From a bacterium (GTDB lineage: Bacteria > RBG-13-61-14 > DATKZS01), in NCBI GenBank assembly GCA_963674965.2, contig CAXXFL010000001.1, positions 896,001-960,000 on the forward strand: 64,000 nucleotides of DNA. Direction: 5' to 3'. The notes under the pieces were generated by a model. The model worked only from the letters and a program-made list of their open reading frames with translations, was not told the DNA's origin and made no database searches. A program made the position numbers and the translations under genes. This document shows positions 23,468 through 33,418 of the stretch, piece after piece. Numbering within the stretch: position 1 is the first letter of the stretch; the number at the start of each line of letters is the position of its first letter.

Positions 23468-23800
23468 TTGCACCAGTATTTTCGAAAGAACGTGGAGATC
23501 AGGGCCAAGGGTCTGATCTACAGGGGATTTTTAGTCGGGGCCGACGAGGTCACGATATATCTGAAGGGACCCACGGGCTGGATTACGCTGCTTCTTGACG
23601 AGGTGGCGGCGGTCAGGCTCGAGGGCGCGGGCGAGGAAGGATGGAATCGAAAGGGAGTCGAGGGAGAAGAAGAAGTCCCTCCCGCGGACAGGACAAGCAA
23701 GATTTTTTATTCTAAAAGGGACATCGAGAAGATACACGAGGGTCTTGCCACTGGCGACTGGCCCGAGGGTGACGAGCCCGATGAATCGAAAACGGATTAA
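23468..23800 (+). CDS. Small hypothetical protein, possible Sm/LSm-like beta fold with acidic tail
   Basis: AAGGA SD before TTG; pattern VEIRAKGLIYRGFLVGADEVTIYLKG...WITLLLDEVAAV. Confidence 0.6.
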   Translation: MHQYFRKNVEIRAKGLIYRGFLVGADEVTIYLKGPTGWITLLLDEVAAVRLEGAGEEGWNRKGVEGEEEVPPADRTSKIFYSKRDIEKIHEGLATGDWPEGDEPDESKTD

Positions 23801-23819
23801 GGGCCGCCTTGAAGAAGCC

Positions 23820-25532
23820 TCAGCGCCGCTTGTATATCGGCGGCGACCTTCTCGTCGCCGGGTCCGACATATTGCATGCCTTGTTTAGGGCGGCTTCCCC
23901 CTCGAGGTTTTTCTTTTGTATTAGAAGCACAAGAGCCAACTGGTACCAGTAAACGGGATTCTCCCGCTCGAGACGGACCGCGTTTTTATAGGCCGTCTCC
24001 GCTTCTTTATACGCTCCCGCCTTTGCTCTGGTTCGTCCCAATTGATAGTAGGCCGATGGGAATGATCCGTGAAGCTCGATCGACTTTATTAGAGCGGACT
24101 CCGACTCGGGATACCGGCCGGCGGCGTACAGGCCGATCCCGTAATTATACCAGGCCATGGCGTCGCCCGGGTTTTTGGACAAGGCCGCGGCGCAGTATCT
24201 TATTGACTCGGCCCCTCGGCCCGCCCTTTGCCCCATGGCGCAAAGGTTGGCCCAGGAGCGGAAGCCGGCGGGGGCCTTTTTAACGGCGTCCCTGTAGATA
24301 AGGACGGGATCGCTCCAGGTCTTGTTCCTGGCCCGGGTCCCGGCCGCCAGAAAGATTATCAGGGCAACCAGAACGGGCAGGGAAGACCGCTTCAGGCCGG
24401 CCATTCCGGCCAGGGCCGCGGCGATCATAATAAGACCTAAACTCGGGAGGTAGAGCCGGTGCTCGAAGACCATCTCCAGTGGTAGTATCGAGCTTTCGAG
24501 AATAAGTCCGAAAACGAACCAGAGCCAGCCCAGGCATAAAAGCGGGGCGCGATGTGCTTTCACCAGGCAAAATAGAGTAAGTCCGACTATGATCAAGCCG
24601 GCGACGATGGTTTGAGGAGGACTGAAAAGTCCGGCCGAAACGGTAAAGTCATGCTCGATCGACAGTCTCGAGCCGAAGGGAAAGAGCCATAGTCCCACGT
24701 ACCAAATGATCACCCGCTGCTGGGTCAGGAGCCTTTGGGCCATGGAAAAATCGCGGATGGCGTAGCCCTTGAACAGTCCGCCCGAGTAAACGGAGAAAAC
24801 GATGGAGGCCACGATAAAAATTCCCGTAAAGGCGGCCAGTAGGTTTTTGCGGGCTATGGCCCATTGTTTCAGGTCTCCATCAAAGCGGCACCTGTCCAGG
24901 GCCGCGATTAGTAGAACCAGGACGGCCGCGTTTTCCTTTCCCGCCAGGGCCAGAAAAAAGGACAAGAGAAAAATCGATAAGGCCGCGCGTTTCCCCTTAA
25001 GTCCCGCCTTTATCGAGTCTTTCTCGAGCCAGGCAATGAGCGCGATCAGCGAGAACAGTCCGGCGATGACGTTCATGCGCTGGACAATATAGGTCACGCT
25101 CTGGGCCTGGATGGGATGAAGCCCGAAAACCAGAGCCCCGATGGCGGCGGCCGGCCCGGGCCAGGGAACGCTCGCGGAAAAGGGCGGAGTCTGAAAGAGC
25201 TTTTTCAGAAAGACCCCGGCGGCCAGGATGGCGACAAAATGCAGGGCCAGGTTGGTCATCCGGAAGGCCCGGGGATCGAGACCGGCTCGCAGAAAGTCCA
25301 GGGCAAAGGAAATATTGGCCAGGGGCCTGGTTTTGATTGGGCTTTGGGCCGCCGCGGCATAGAGTGATTGAAGTGACCAACTTGTGGGATGGACGGCGCG
25401 GTTATCGACAATTTGCGTCATGTCGTCAAAGTTCCAACTCCCACCGAGCCCCGGATAATATGCAACGACGGCCAGGAATAGCGAGGCGGCAAGGAAATAT
25501 ATAGGAAGCGACCATTTTTTATTTTCTTTCAT
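23820..25532 (-). CDS. TMTC-like GT-C glycosyltransferase with C-terminal TPRs
   Basis: FDD, RPL, NLALH, HPIQAQSVTYIVQR, KE and FEHRLYLPS motifs; TPR helices. Confidence 0.85.
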   Translation of the reverse strand: MKENKKWSLPIYFLAASLFLAVVAYYPGLGGSWNFDDMTQIVDNRAVHPTSWSLQSLYAAAAQSPIKTRPLANISFALDFLRAGLDPRAFRMTNLALHFVAILAAGVFLKKLFQTPPFSASVPWPGPAAAIGALVFGLHPIQAQSVTYIVQRMNVIAGLFSLIALIAWLEKDSIKAGLKGKRAALSIFLLSFFLALAGKENAAVLVLLIAALDRCRFDGDLKQWAIARKNLLAAFTGIFIVASIVFSVYSGGLFKGYAIRDFSMAQRLLTQQRVIIWYVGLWLFPFGSRLSIEHDFTVSAGLFSPPQTIVAGLIIVGLTLFCLVKAHRAPLLCLGWLWFVFGLILESSILPLEMVFEHRLYLPSLGLIMIAAALAGMAGLKRSSLPVLVALIIFLAAGTRARNKTWSDPVLIYRDAVKKAPAGFRSWANLCAMGQRAGRGAESIRYCAAALSKNPGDAMAWYNYGIGLYAAGRYPESESALIKSIELHGSFPSAYYQLGRTRAKAGAYKEAETAYKNAVRLERENPVYWYQLALVLLIQKKNLEGEAALNKACNMSDPATRRSPPIYKRR

Positions 25533-25756
25533 AACGGTGGCTTGTCATTTTATCGGAAAGGCAAGTTTCCGGCAATCCGCATTGGATTATTTGAGTTATA
25601 TTTATACCTTGTTGATTTTTTTACTGGAGGTTTACACCGGATAGTGCTAAGTTATTGCAAGACTGAAAAAGAGAACGACCGCGTCAAGCCGTCTGACGCA
25701 TGAGTCGAGAAAGCAATATTTAATCAACCGCGCGATTATCGCTTGGAGCAAACTAC

Positions 25757-28700
25757 ATGGGGACCGGCGACAAAAGCAAAGAAGGCGTCTTTCGAGATGA
25801 CAAACCGATGGGTGAAGTCCCGTCCGGTTTCAGCGAGACGCTTTATACCAGCGGCCCCCTGGTTTCCGGATATGAAAGACGAGACAGGCTCGAGGCGCTT
25901 TTTCAAGGCATGTCCCAGGGCGTGGTCTTCCAGGATAAAGACGGCAAGATAACAATGGCCAACGCCGCGGCGGAAAGGATACTCGGCCTCACCCGGGACC
26001 AGTTGTTCGGCCGGACCTCTCACGACCCGAGGTGGGAAGCCATCGATCGCGAGGGCAATCCTTTCAGGGGAGAGGACCATCCCGCCATGCGGTCCCTTCA
26101 ATCGGGCCGGCCGGTCAATAATGTATTGATGGGCGTTTACAACCCCGCCGAACGGCGACGTAGATGGATTATGATCGACTCCGTCCCGCTTTTCGAGGAG
26201 GAAGGCGAACTTCCCAGCCAGGCCTACGCCACCTTTACCGACGTGACCGCCCAGGTCGAGGCGGAAAACGCCCTTATCGAGAGCGAGAGGAAGTACCGCG
26301 AGCTTATCGAGAGCTCGAACGAGTTGATTACGCGGGTCGACGCCGAGGGTACTTTCACCTACGTTAACCCGGCGGCCCTTAAGTTTCTGGGACTTCCCCC
26401 CGAGAAGCTGGTGGGCATGAAGGCCTTCGACTTTATCCATCCCGATGACCGGGACAATACCCTCAGGCATTTCGACGAGTGGACCAAGGGAGACGGCGGT
26501 GACATCATTTTCGAGAACCGGCAGGTGAGCGTGACCGGCGAAGTCCACGATATGCTGTGGATTATCCATCCCCTGTTGGACGGGAAAGGCGAAGTCGAGG
26601 GTTTCAGTTCCGTCGCCGTCGACGTTACGGAGAGAAAAAAGGCCCAGCGTGAAAAGGAGGCCCTGGCCAGGGACTTGGGCCAGACCAAGAACCTGCTCGA
26701 GTCGATCCTCAACTCGATCCCCGACATTATCGGGGTCCAGGACCTGGAACACAACATTATTAGATATAACCACTCGGGCTATAAATTCCTCGAGATAACC
26801 CCCGGGGATTTGCCGGGCAGGAAATGCTACGAGATAATCGGACGCGATAAGCCATGCCGGGTCTGCGCTACTTCCGAGGTTTATCAAACCAGGCTCCCCT
26901 CCAAACGGCAAAAATTCATTCCCGAGTTTGGCGTATGGTTTGACTTAAGGGCCTATCCGGTTTTTGACGACTCGGGCAATCTCGTCCAGGTCATCGAGCA
27001 TATAAGAGATATTACGGCGGAACGAAGCGCCATCGAGGCGATCGAGAAAAGCGAGGAAAGCTACAGGGAGATTTTTAACTCGACCGCCACCGGACTCATG
27101 GTCCATGACGCCGAGACGGGGCAGATTCTCGACGTGAACCAGACCATTGTCGATATGACCGGCTACGACCGCGAAAGCATACTTCAAAGCGACGTGGGCA
27201 AATTGAGCCTGGGCCAGGCGCCCTATTCCCAAAATGAGGCCCTCTCCCTTATACATAAGGTGAAGAGCGAGGGACCGCAGACTTTCGACTGGATGGTCCG
27301 CAAAAAGGACGGCGTCATCATCTGGGTCGAGGTCACGCTGAAGAGCGCGAAAATCCTGGGCCGGGATCGTATACTGGCGGTAATAAGCGACATTACGGAA
27401 AGAAAAAAATACGAGCGCGATATCATCCGCGAGAAGGAACTTTCCGACGGCATACTCGACAGCCTGCCGGGCATATTCTACATGTTCGACTCGGATGGAA
27501 AACTTCTTCGGTGGAACAGAAACTTCGAGACGGTCACGGGCTATTCCGAGTCCGAGTTGGCGGACAAGTATATCCTGGATTACTTCGAGGGCGGGGACCG
27601 CGAGGAAATCTTCGACCGCTTCCGGGAGGTATTTATTAACGGCTGGGCCGAGGCCGAGGCCGAGATGATTATGAAGGACGGCTCCAGGGTCGCCTATTAC
27701 TATACGGGCATGCTCGCCCGCCTTGACGGCCGGGACTATGTTCTTGGCGTGGGCCTTGACGTTAGCGAGCGAAAAAAGATCGAGCTGGAACTGAAGGCAA
27801 GCGAGGAAAAATACCGCCAGCTCATCGAGACGACCAATACGGGATTCACCATAGTTGACGCCGAGGGCGTGGTGCTCGACGCCAATGACGAATACGCCCG
27901 CATTGCCGGCCGCGCGGACAGGGAAGAGATCATGGGAAGAAGCGTCATCGAGTGGACCGCGCCGCACGACCTCGAGCGAAACAAGCGCGCATTAAAAGCC
28001 GTCCTTGCCAAGGGCCATACGAGGAACCTGGAGATAGACTACGTTGCGCCCGGGGGCCTTCTCCGGCCGGTCGAGATAAACGCGACCGTAATCGAGACCG
28101 GGGAGGGCAAGCGAATCATGACCCTTTGCCGCGACGTGTCGGCCAAGAAGAAGGCCGAGGAGGAACGCGACAGGATGTTCAATCTTTCCATGGACCTCCT
28201 TAGCGTGTCCGGTTTCGACGGGTACTTCAGACAGGTCAACCCGGCCTGGACCAGGACCCTGGGTTGGAGCGAGGAGGAGCTATTAAAATCCTTCTGGCTC
28301 GATCTGGTTCATCCCAACGATCTCGAGTCCACGCGGGAAGCGGGAAGGGAACTGGCCAGGGGCAAAGAGATCAGGGGCTTCAAGAACAGGATGAGGACCA
28401 AGAGCGGAGAGTATCGGCGACTGTCCTGGAGTTCCTTTCCCCTTCCCTCGGAAAAGATGGTCTTCTCGGTGATAAGAGACGTTACCGAAATGGACCGGCT
28501 GGAGGAACAGCTTCGACAATCCCAGAAAATGGAGGCCATAGGCAAGCTGGCCGGCGGCGTTGCCCATGATTTCAATAACCAGCTTATGGTTATACTGAAC
28601 GTGAGCGAAATGATGGCGGCGGGCATGTCCGGGTCCGACCCTAAAAGAAAGCATTTGAGCATGATCCAGAAGGCGGGCGAGCAATCGGCCTCCCTGACCC

Positions 28701-29653
28701 GCCAGCTTCTGGCCTTCAGCCGCAAGCAGGTCATCGAGCCCCGGGTGGTCAAGGTCAACCACATGATATCCCCCCTTCGCGAGATGCTCGAGAGGCTTAT
28801 CGGTGAGGACGTCGAGTTCGAGATGGAGCTTGGAAGCGACGCGGGCCTGGTCAAGGTCGACCCTTCCCAGATCGGCCAGGCCATCTTCAACCTGGCCGTG
28901 AACGCGAGAGACGCCATGCCGCGGGGCGGCAAGCTTACCATATCCACGGGTTCGGTCTTGCTTGATTCCCGCGAGGCGGAAAAGCAGGATGGACTGGCGC
29001 CCGGGAATTACGCTCTTATTTCCGTGTCCGACACCGGCGAGGGCATGGATGAAGAGACCAGGTCCCGGATTTTCGAGCCCTTCTTTACCACCAAGGGCCT
29101 GGGCAAGGGTACCGGCCTGGGCCTGGCGACGGTATACGGGATCGTGCGACAGTGCGAGGGCAGCGTGACCGTCTCGAGCGAGCCGGGGCGGGGAACCACC
29201 TTCCGCGTGTATCTGCCCGAGGCCAAGGCAATGGATAAGGACTCAAAGTCTTTTTCCTCGAGGGCTTCGGCCAACCTGGAGGGCAATGAAACCATCCTGG
29301 TGGTCGAGGATAACGAGGACGTGAGAAAGACCATCGTGTCCATGCTTCGCGCCAAGGGCTATATTATCCTTGAGGCCGAAAGCGGCCGCCAGGCCGAGGC
29401 CCTGTTCGGAGACGGGGGCGACCATATCGACATGGTTATCACCGACGTGGTCATGCCGCGTCTGAGCGGAAGAGAACTGGCGAAAAAATTCCTGGAAAAA
29501 CGTCCCGACCTTCCCGTCCTTTACGTGTCCGGATACACGGACGAGGTCATATCTCATCACGGGGTGCTCGAGGCCGGGGCGAGCCTTCTCCAGAAGCCCT
29601 TTACCATGGATGAACTTCTTGCCAAGACCAGGAGCCTTTTAGACGCGCGGTGA
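25757..29653 (+). CDS. Cytoplasmic hybrid sensor kinase: seven PAS domains, HisKA, HATPase, receiver
   Basis: Seven PAS/PAC units ending in D(I/V)(T/S); GVAHDFNNQL, NLAVNARDAM, DTGEGM, FEPFFTTK and GTGLGL. Receiver VVEDN...ITDVVMP...KPF. Confidence 0.95.
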   Translation: MGTGDKSKEGVFRDDKPMGEVPSGFSETLYTSGPLVSGYERRDRLEALFQGMSQGVVFQDKDGKITMANAAAERILGLTRDQLFGRTSHDPRWEAIDREGNPFRGEDHPAMRSLQSGRPVNNVLMGVYNPAERRRRWIMIDSVPLFEEEGELPSQAYATFTDVTAQVEAENALIESERKYRELIESSNELITRVDAEGTFTYVNPAALKFLGLPPEKLVGMKAFDFIHPDDRDNTLRHFDEWTKGDGGDIIFENRQVSVTGEVHDMLWIIHPLLDGKGEVEGFSSVAVDVTERKKAQREKEALARDLGQTKNLLESILNSIPDIIGVQDLEHNIIRYNHSGYKFLEITPGDLPGRKCYEIIGRDKPCRVCATSEVYQTRLPSKRQKFIPEFGVWFDLRAYPVFDDSGNLVQVIEHIRDITAERSAIEAIEKSEESYREIFNSTATGLMVHDAETGQILDVNQTIVDMTGYDRESILQSDVGKLSLGQAPYSQNEALSLIHKVKSEGPQTFDWMVRKKDGVIIWVEVTLKSAKILGRDRILAVISDITERKKYERDIIREKELSDGILDSLPGIFYMFDSDGKLLRWNRNFETVTGYSESELADKYILDYFEGGDREEIFDRFREVFINGWAEAEAEMIMKDGSRVAYYYTGMLARLDGRDYVLGVGLDVSERKKIELELKASEEKYRQLIETTNTGFTIVDAEGVVLDANDEYARIAGRADREEIMGRSVIEWTAPHDLERNKRALKAVLAKGHTRNLEIDYVAPGGLLRPVEINATVIETGEGKRIMTLCRDVSAKKKAEEERDRMFNLSMDLLSVSGFDGYFRQVNPAWTRTLGWSEEELLKSFWLDLVHPNDLESTREAGRELARGKEIRGFKNRMRTKSGEYRRLSWSSFPLPSEKMVFSVIRDVTEMDRLEEQLRQSQKMEAIGKLAGGVAHDFNNQLMVILNVSEMMAAGMSGSDPKRKHLSMIQKAGEQSASLTRQLLAFSRKQVIEPRVVKVNHMISPLREMLERLIGEDVEFEMELGSDAGLVKVDPSQIGQAIFNLAVNARDAMPRGGKLTISTGSVLLDSREAEKQDGLAPGNYALISVSDTGEGMDEETRSRIFEPFFTTKGLGKGTGLGLATVYGIVRQCEGSVTVSSEPGRGTTFRVYLPEAKAMDKDSKSFSSRASANLEGNETILVVEDNEDVRKTIVSMLRAKGYIILEAESGRQAEALFGDGGDHIDMVITDVVMPRLSGRELAKKFLEKRPDLPVLYVSGYTDEVISHHGVLEAGASLLQKPFTMDELLAKTRSLLDAR

Positions 29654-29715
29654 ATCCTCGTTTTTTCCTGGCCTTCGCGGCTTCGCGCCAATTTATGCCG
29701 CCCTGCAAATAACGG

Positions 29716-29744
29716 TTGACAACCGGTTAAGCGGGTGTTATGTT
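29716..29744 (+). promoter_or_regulatory. sigma70 promoter
   Basis: TTGACA-17 bp-TATGTT with an extended TG. Confidence 0.65.
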
Positions 29745-29871
29745 AAACTCGAACAGGGGAACGGAAAAGCTTTCATAACCAGAGCTTCAGCGGTTTATTC
29801 GGGTTGATACCGCGAGGGCGAAGTTTTTCCTTTTTTGCGCGACAATGGTCCCAATACCGGGGAGGGGCGCC

Positions 29872-30522
29872 ATGTACGATTCATCTGGGTCAGTGGTCAA
29901 AGGCATAGGTTTTTTAGGGGTTTTCAAGTTCATCAAAATGCAGCCCAAGGGCGAGGAACTTCTCGAGATATTCAAAAAACAGCTTCCCGAGGAGGCCGCC
30001 CGAATTTGCTCGCGCCGTCTCATCACGGTCCGGGAGTATCCTTATTCGGCTTTTGTCGAGGTTTTGCGAACCTTTGACAAGGTACTCGGGATCGGAAACC
30101 TTTCGGTGCTGCGGGACCTCGGGGAATACTCGGCCGACATGGACTTCGAGTTCCTCTTCGCCGGCAGTTCGGCCAAGCCCAGCCCGGAGGACCTTTTCCG
30201 GGACTGCAACATTTACTGGTCGAGCTATTATCCCAGGTCCGGCTACATGAAGGCCGAGGAAATAAAACCCGAGCGCTCGATAGTCCGCATCTATGACTTT
30301 CCCGAGATGGACCCGGCCCATTGCCGGCTGATCGAGGGCTGGATGGCCAAGGCCATGATAAACTCTGGGGCGGCCCTTAAAAGGTGCGTCGAGACCAAGT
30401 GTACCTCGAAGGGAGACCCGTATCACGAGTTTACCGGGGCCTGGGCCCACGCCGAGTCCGGGGTCGATATGAGGAAAAGGTTCGGCGCGGATAAGTTCGC
30501 CAAGCCCTTGATGACGCTCTAG
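29872..30522 (+). CDS. Hypothetical protein, TIGR02265/DUF2378-like with V4R-type C-terminus
   Basis: VKG, EYPY, LRDLGEYSA, YWSSYY, CRLIEGWM and ETKCTSKGDPYHEF; GGAGG SD before ATG 29872. Confidence 0.6.
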   Translation: MYDSSGSVVKGIGFLGVFKFIKMQPKGEELLEIFKKQLPEEAARICSRRLITVREYPYSAFVEVLRTFDKVLGIGNLSVLRDLGEYSADMDFEFLFAGSSAKPSPEDLFRDCNIYWSSYYPRSGYMKAEEIKPERSIVRIYDFPEMDPAHCRLIEGWMAKAMINSGAALKRCVETKCTSKGDPYHEFTGAWAHAESGVDMRKRFGADKFAKPLMTL

Positions 30523-30540
30523 TCCGAGATGACTAAAGCC

Positions 30541-31524
30541 CTATAAAACCTTGGAATTCTCGCGGGCGGCCGCGACCCTCCGGGATATCTTCGCCCCGAG
30601 GGCCAAGAGGGGAACTATTAGCCATCCCCAGTACCACTTGACCAGCAAATAATGGGTTAGCCCTTTTCGGCGAGGAAGGCCGGATACCCTTCGCGGCGTG
30701 ACCTGACACGACTCGGGATCGCACTCGAGAAGAAAGTAGCCCTCTTCCTTGTCTGCCCCGTAACTGTATGCTCCCGAGTGGCCCGTCACCATAAGAGGGG
30801 ACCCCATAAAGGACCCCGTCTCGAACTTATGGTTGTGGGCGGCTAGCGTCATTTGCAGCTTGCGGCCCTCGAGGGCCCTCTCCAGTTCCTTGCTCATCTC
30901 GCTCGAGATACTTCTTATTTCCTGCTCGTTGGCCGGGGGCTTATGTAAAAGGAGCACGATATTGTCGCCGTCGGCGCTCTCCTTCTCGAGAGTACTCGAA
31001 AGCCATTCTATAGTCTCGCTAAACTTGTCGTCCTCGACGTCGTTCAGCGCCACGATCATGTTCGAGCCGAAGCGCCAGTAAAAATTGTCGGCCCCGAACT
31101 TCTTCCGGAAGAAGCTTCCCTTATTATCATGAAAGCCAACGTCGTGATTGCCGATGACCGGATAAAGCGGCAAGGGCCATCGGCCGTTCCCGGCCCTCTG
31201 AAGGAAAAGACGCCACTCGATTAAAAGCCCGCGGTGCACCGCGTCGCCCAGTAAAATGGCCACGTCGGCGCGGCTGGCGGCGTCGGCCAATATTGCCTCC
31301 ATCCCGTCCAGGTTGTCGTGCGCGTCACCCAGCACGGCAATACGCAGCCGGGCTGGATCGCGCAATACGATCTTACTCTCAACTGGCCCGGCGAAACTCG
31401 GGTAGGCGTAATCGGGCATGGCCGCTTCCGATGAGATATAAATCCAGAACGCTAAAGGTACAAGAATAAACGCCCATTCCAGGGCGGAAATAAAAAGCGC
31501 TCGTCTATTTGGCGTGGTCTTCAT
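30541..31524 (-). CDS. Membrane-anchored calcineurin-like metallophosphoesterase
   Basis: GDAH, LGDAVH, GNHD, HKPP and AHNH; TM helices at both ends. Confidence 0.88.
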   Translation of the reverse strand: MKTTPNRRALFISALEWAFILVPLAFWIYISSEAAMPDYAYPSFAGPVESKIVLRDPARLRIAVLGDAHDNLDGMEAILADAASRADVAILLGDAVHRGLLIEWRLFLQRAGNGRWPLPLYPVIGNHDVGFHDNKGSFFRKKFGADNFYWRFGSNMIVALNDVEDDKFSETIEWLSSTLEKESADGDNIVLLLHKPPANEQEIRSISSEMSKELERALEGRKLQMTLAAHNHKFETGSFMGSPLMVTGHSGAYSYGADKEEGYFLLECDPESCQVTPRRVSGLPRRKGLTHYLLVKWYWGWLIVPLLALGAKISRRVAAARENSKVL

Positions 31525-31711
31525 AAAGAAGTCGCTGGGCCGTCCTTGCTAATAGAGTAATCCCCAACGCGACATTTTCCAAAAACGAGCCGGCGCCGAA
31601 AAAATTATCGCGGCGTCAGGTTTTTTATCCACATTTTGTCCAGAACACTTATTTAAGAAAAGGACTCTCCGCTATGTCTTTAATAAATAAGGAAATATAA
31701 TTTCGGCGATA

Positions 31712-31726
31712 AGGCACGGAAGTTGC
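31712..31726 (+). promoter_or_regulatory. Putative sigma54 (-24/-12) promoter for the porin gene
   Basis: AGGCAC-GGAAG-TTGC matches the GG-N10-GC spacing; AT-rich tract upstream. Confidence 0.5.
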
Positions 31727-31920
31727 CAGTAAATCAGACGTATCCTTCGAGTGGGTACGAATCTCATTCTCGAGCGGGGTTTTGAAAGTCGCGCCGCGAG
31801 CGGGCATGAAGGTTTATTTGCGATCGGCGGGTATTATCCGGAAAATGGAAGCGGTCGGGTCGACTTATCATACGCGCCCCTTGCCGCCGCCGGAAGACCG
31901 ATCTGAAGGAGGAGTAGGTT

Positions 31921-33288
31921 ATGAAAGTAAAAGGTTCGAGAAGTTGTATCTTGTTTTTGGCCATTGTGGCCGTATTGTTTATAGGCGGATCGGCCCAGGC
32001 CAGGATCAAGCTGGTTGACGGGGTGTTTCTCGACGCCTACATAAGACCGAGGATCGAGCTCGACGCTCGTGATTTCGAGGGCAAGGGCATGGACCAGTAC
32101 TCGACGCTAAGGACCCGGTTGGGCTTCACCTTCGAGAACGTCATCGAGGACGTGACTATTTACGTGGTCTTGGGCGATTCCAGGAGCATGGGTTACTCCG
32201 ACCCCTACAATACGGGCAAGCCCATTGGCCCGAACCAGCTTGACGACAACGTGGGAATGGTCGAGGGCTGGATAAGAATTAACCACCTGTTTGTCCAGGG
32301 AGATTATCTTCAAGCTGGAAGAATGCAAAACAACCAGGGAAGAAACCGGATTTTCGGACCGGGCAACTGGAGCCATAACGGGCCGCGAACCTACGACGGT
32401 ATCAAGGCCGGATACGAAACGGAAAACGTCAAGTTTAACGTCTGGAGTCTCTACGGCCTTAACGGCGACCGCCACTGGTATCCGGACCCAAGCCAACTGC
32501 CCAGCTACAAGGCCCCCTACGACGAAATAGACTATAAATACGACCATACCTTGAACGGATTCGACCTGCGCTTTTTCAACGAGGCCCTTCAGTTCCTGGC
32601 CTTCCTGGACTATGATCAGGCCATGATCGAGGACGAGACCACCGGGGAGGAAAACCCCGCCTCGGCCCGGTACACGGTCGCCGTGTACGGGGGGTTCAGC
32701 GAGGAGGACGACTGGATTGGCGCGGGCGGACTTAGACTTGATATCGACGCGGCCTATCAGTTCGGAACGGTCGGGACCACCGCGGGGGAGGCCGATATTT
32801 CGGCCTACTTATTGCTGGCCGACCTGGCCTATTCCTTTGGCGGGCAGTACGCGCCCTGGGCGGGAATAGGACTTGACGTCAGCTCGGGCGACGGCGGCGG
32901 CAATAGCAAGGAGGTCCACAACTTTTACGATTACTACTACTCGAGGCATACCTGGCGCGGGAATATGGATTATTTCAAGAACCCCTTCGCCGAGCCCGCG
33001 CTCGGGCTCCAGGCCTACGTCGCCCGAGCCGGCGTAAGTCCGGCCAAGGACCTCTCCATCAAGGCCGACTGCCACTACTTCCGGACCGAGCAGCCCTATG
33101 TTTCGCTGGACGACGGGGAGGACGCCCACGAGCTGGGCGTCGAGCTGGACGTGACCATGGTCTGGAAAATCAGGAAAGGCGTCTCGGCCGAGGGCGGGTT
33201 CGACTTCTTCTGGCCCACCGACGACTGGCAGGGACCGGACGCGGACACGGCCACCTTTATCTACTTCGCCGTCACGGGCAAGGTGTAG
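31921..33288 (+). CDS. Alginate-export-family outer-membrane beta-barrel
   Basis: Signal peptide AQA; IRPRIE, LRTRLGF, GR...RIFGPGNW...RTYDG, SGD and ELGVELD; AGGAGG SD. Confidence 0.75.
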   Translation: MKVKGSRSCILFLAIVAVLFIGGSAQARIKLVDGVFLDAYIRPRIELDARDFEGKGMDQYSTLRTRLGFTFENVIEDVTIYVVLGDSRSMGYSDPYNTGKPIGPNQLDDNVGMVEGWIRINHLFVQGDYLQAGRMQNNQGRNRIFGPGNWSHNGPRTYDGIKAGYETENVKFNVWSLYGLNGDRHWYPDPSQLPSYKAPYDEIDYKYDHTLNGFDLRFFNEALQFLAFLDYDQAMIEDETTGEENPASARYTVAVYGGFSEEDDWIGAGGLRLDIDAAYQFGTVGTTAGEADISAYLLLADLAYSFGGQYAPWAGIGLDVSSGDGGGNSKEVHNFYDYYYSRHTWRGNMDYFKNPFAEPALGLQAYVARAGVSPAKDLSIKADCHYFRTEQPYVSLDDGEDAHELGVELDVTMVWKIRKGVSAEGGFDFFWPTDDWQGPDADTATFIYFAVTGKV

Positions 33289-33418
33289 GCCCCTGTAAGT
33301 TAAACGATCATGTAGGCCGGGCGGCGCGCGGAGGCAGACTTCGCCGCCGCCTTTAGCTTTCTTGCCAAATCGATTCCGCTCTCATACAATCAGGAAAACC
33401 TCGAGGAAGGAGACAAAG

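Noticed and set aside
31625-31633. DnaA box TTATCCACA suggesting oriC
   Set aside because: Only a single perfect box was seen, with no cluster and no dnaA/dnaN context.
31740-31920. Riboswitch in the long porin leader
   Set aside because: No recognisable conserved aptamer motif; an Rfam scan would be needed.
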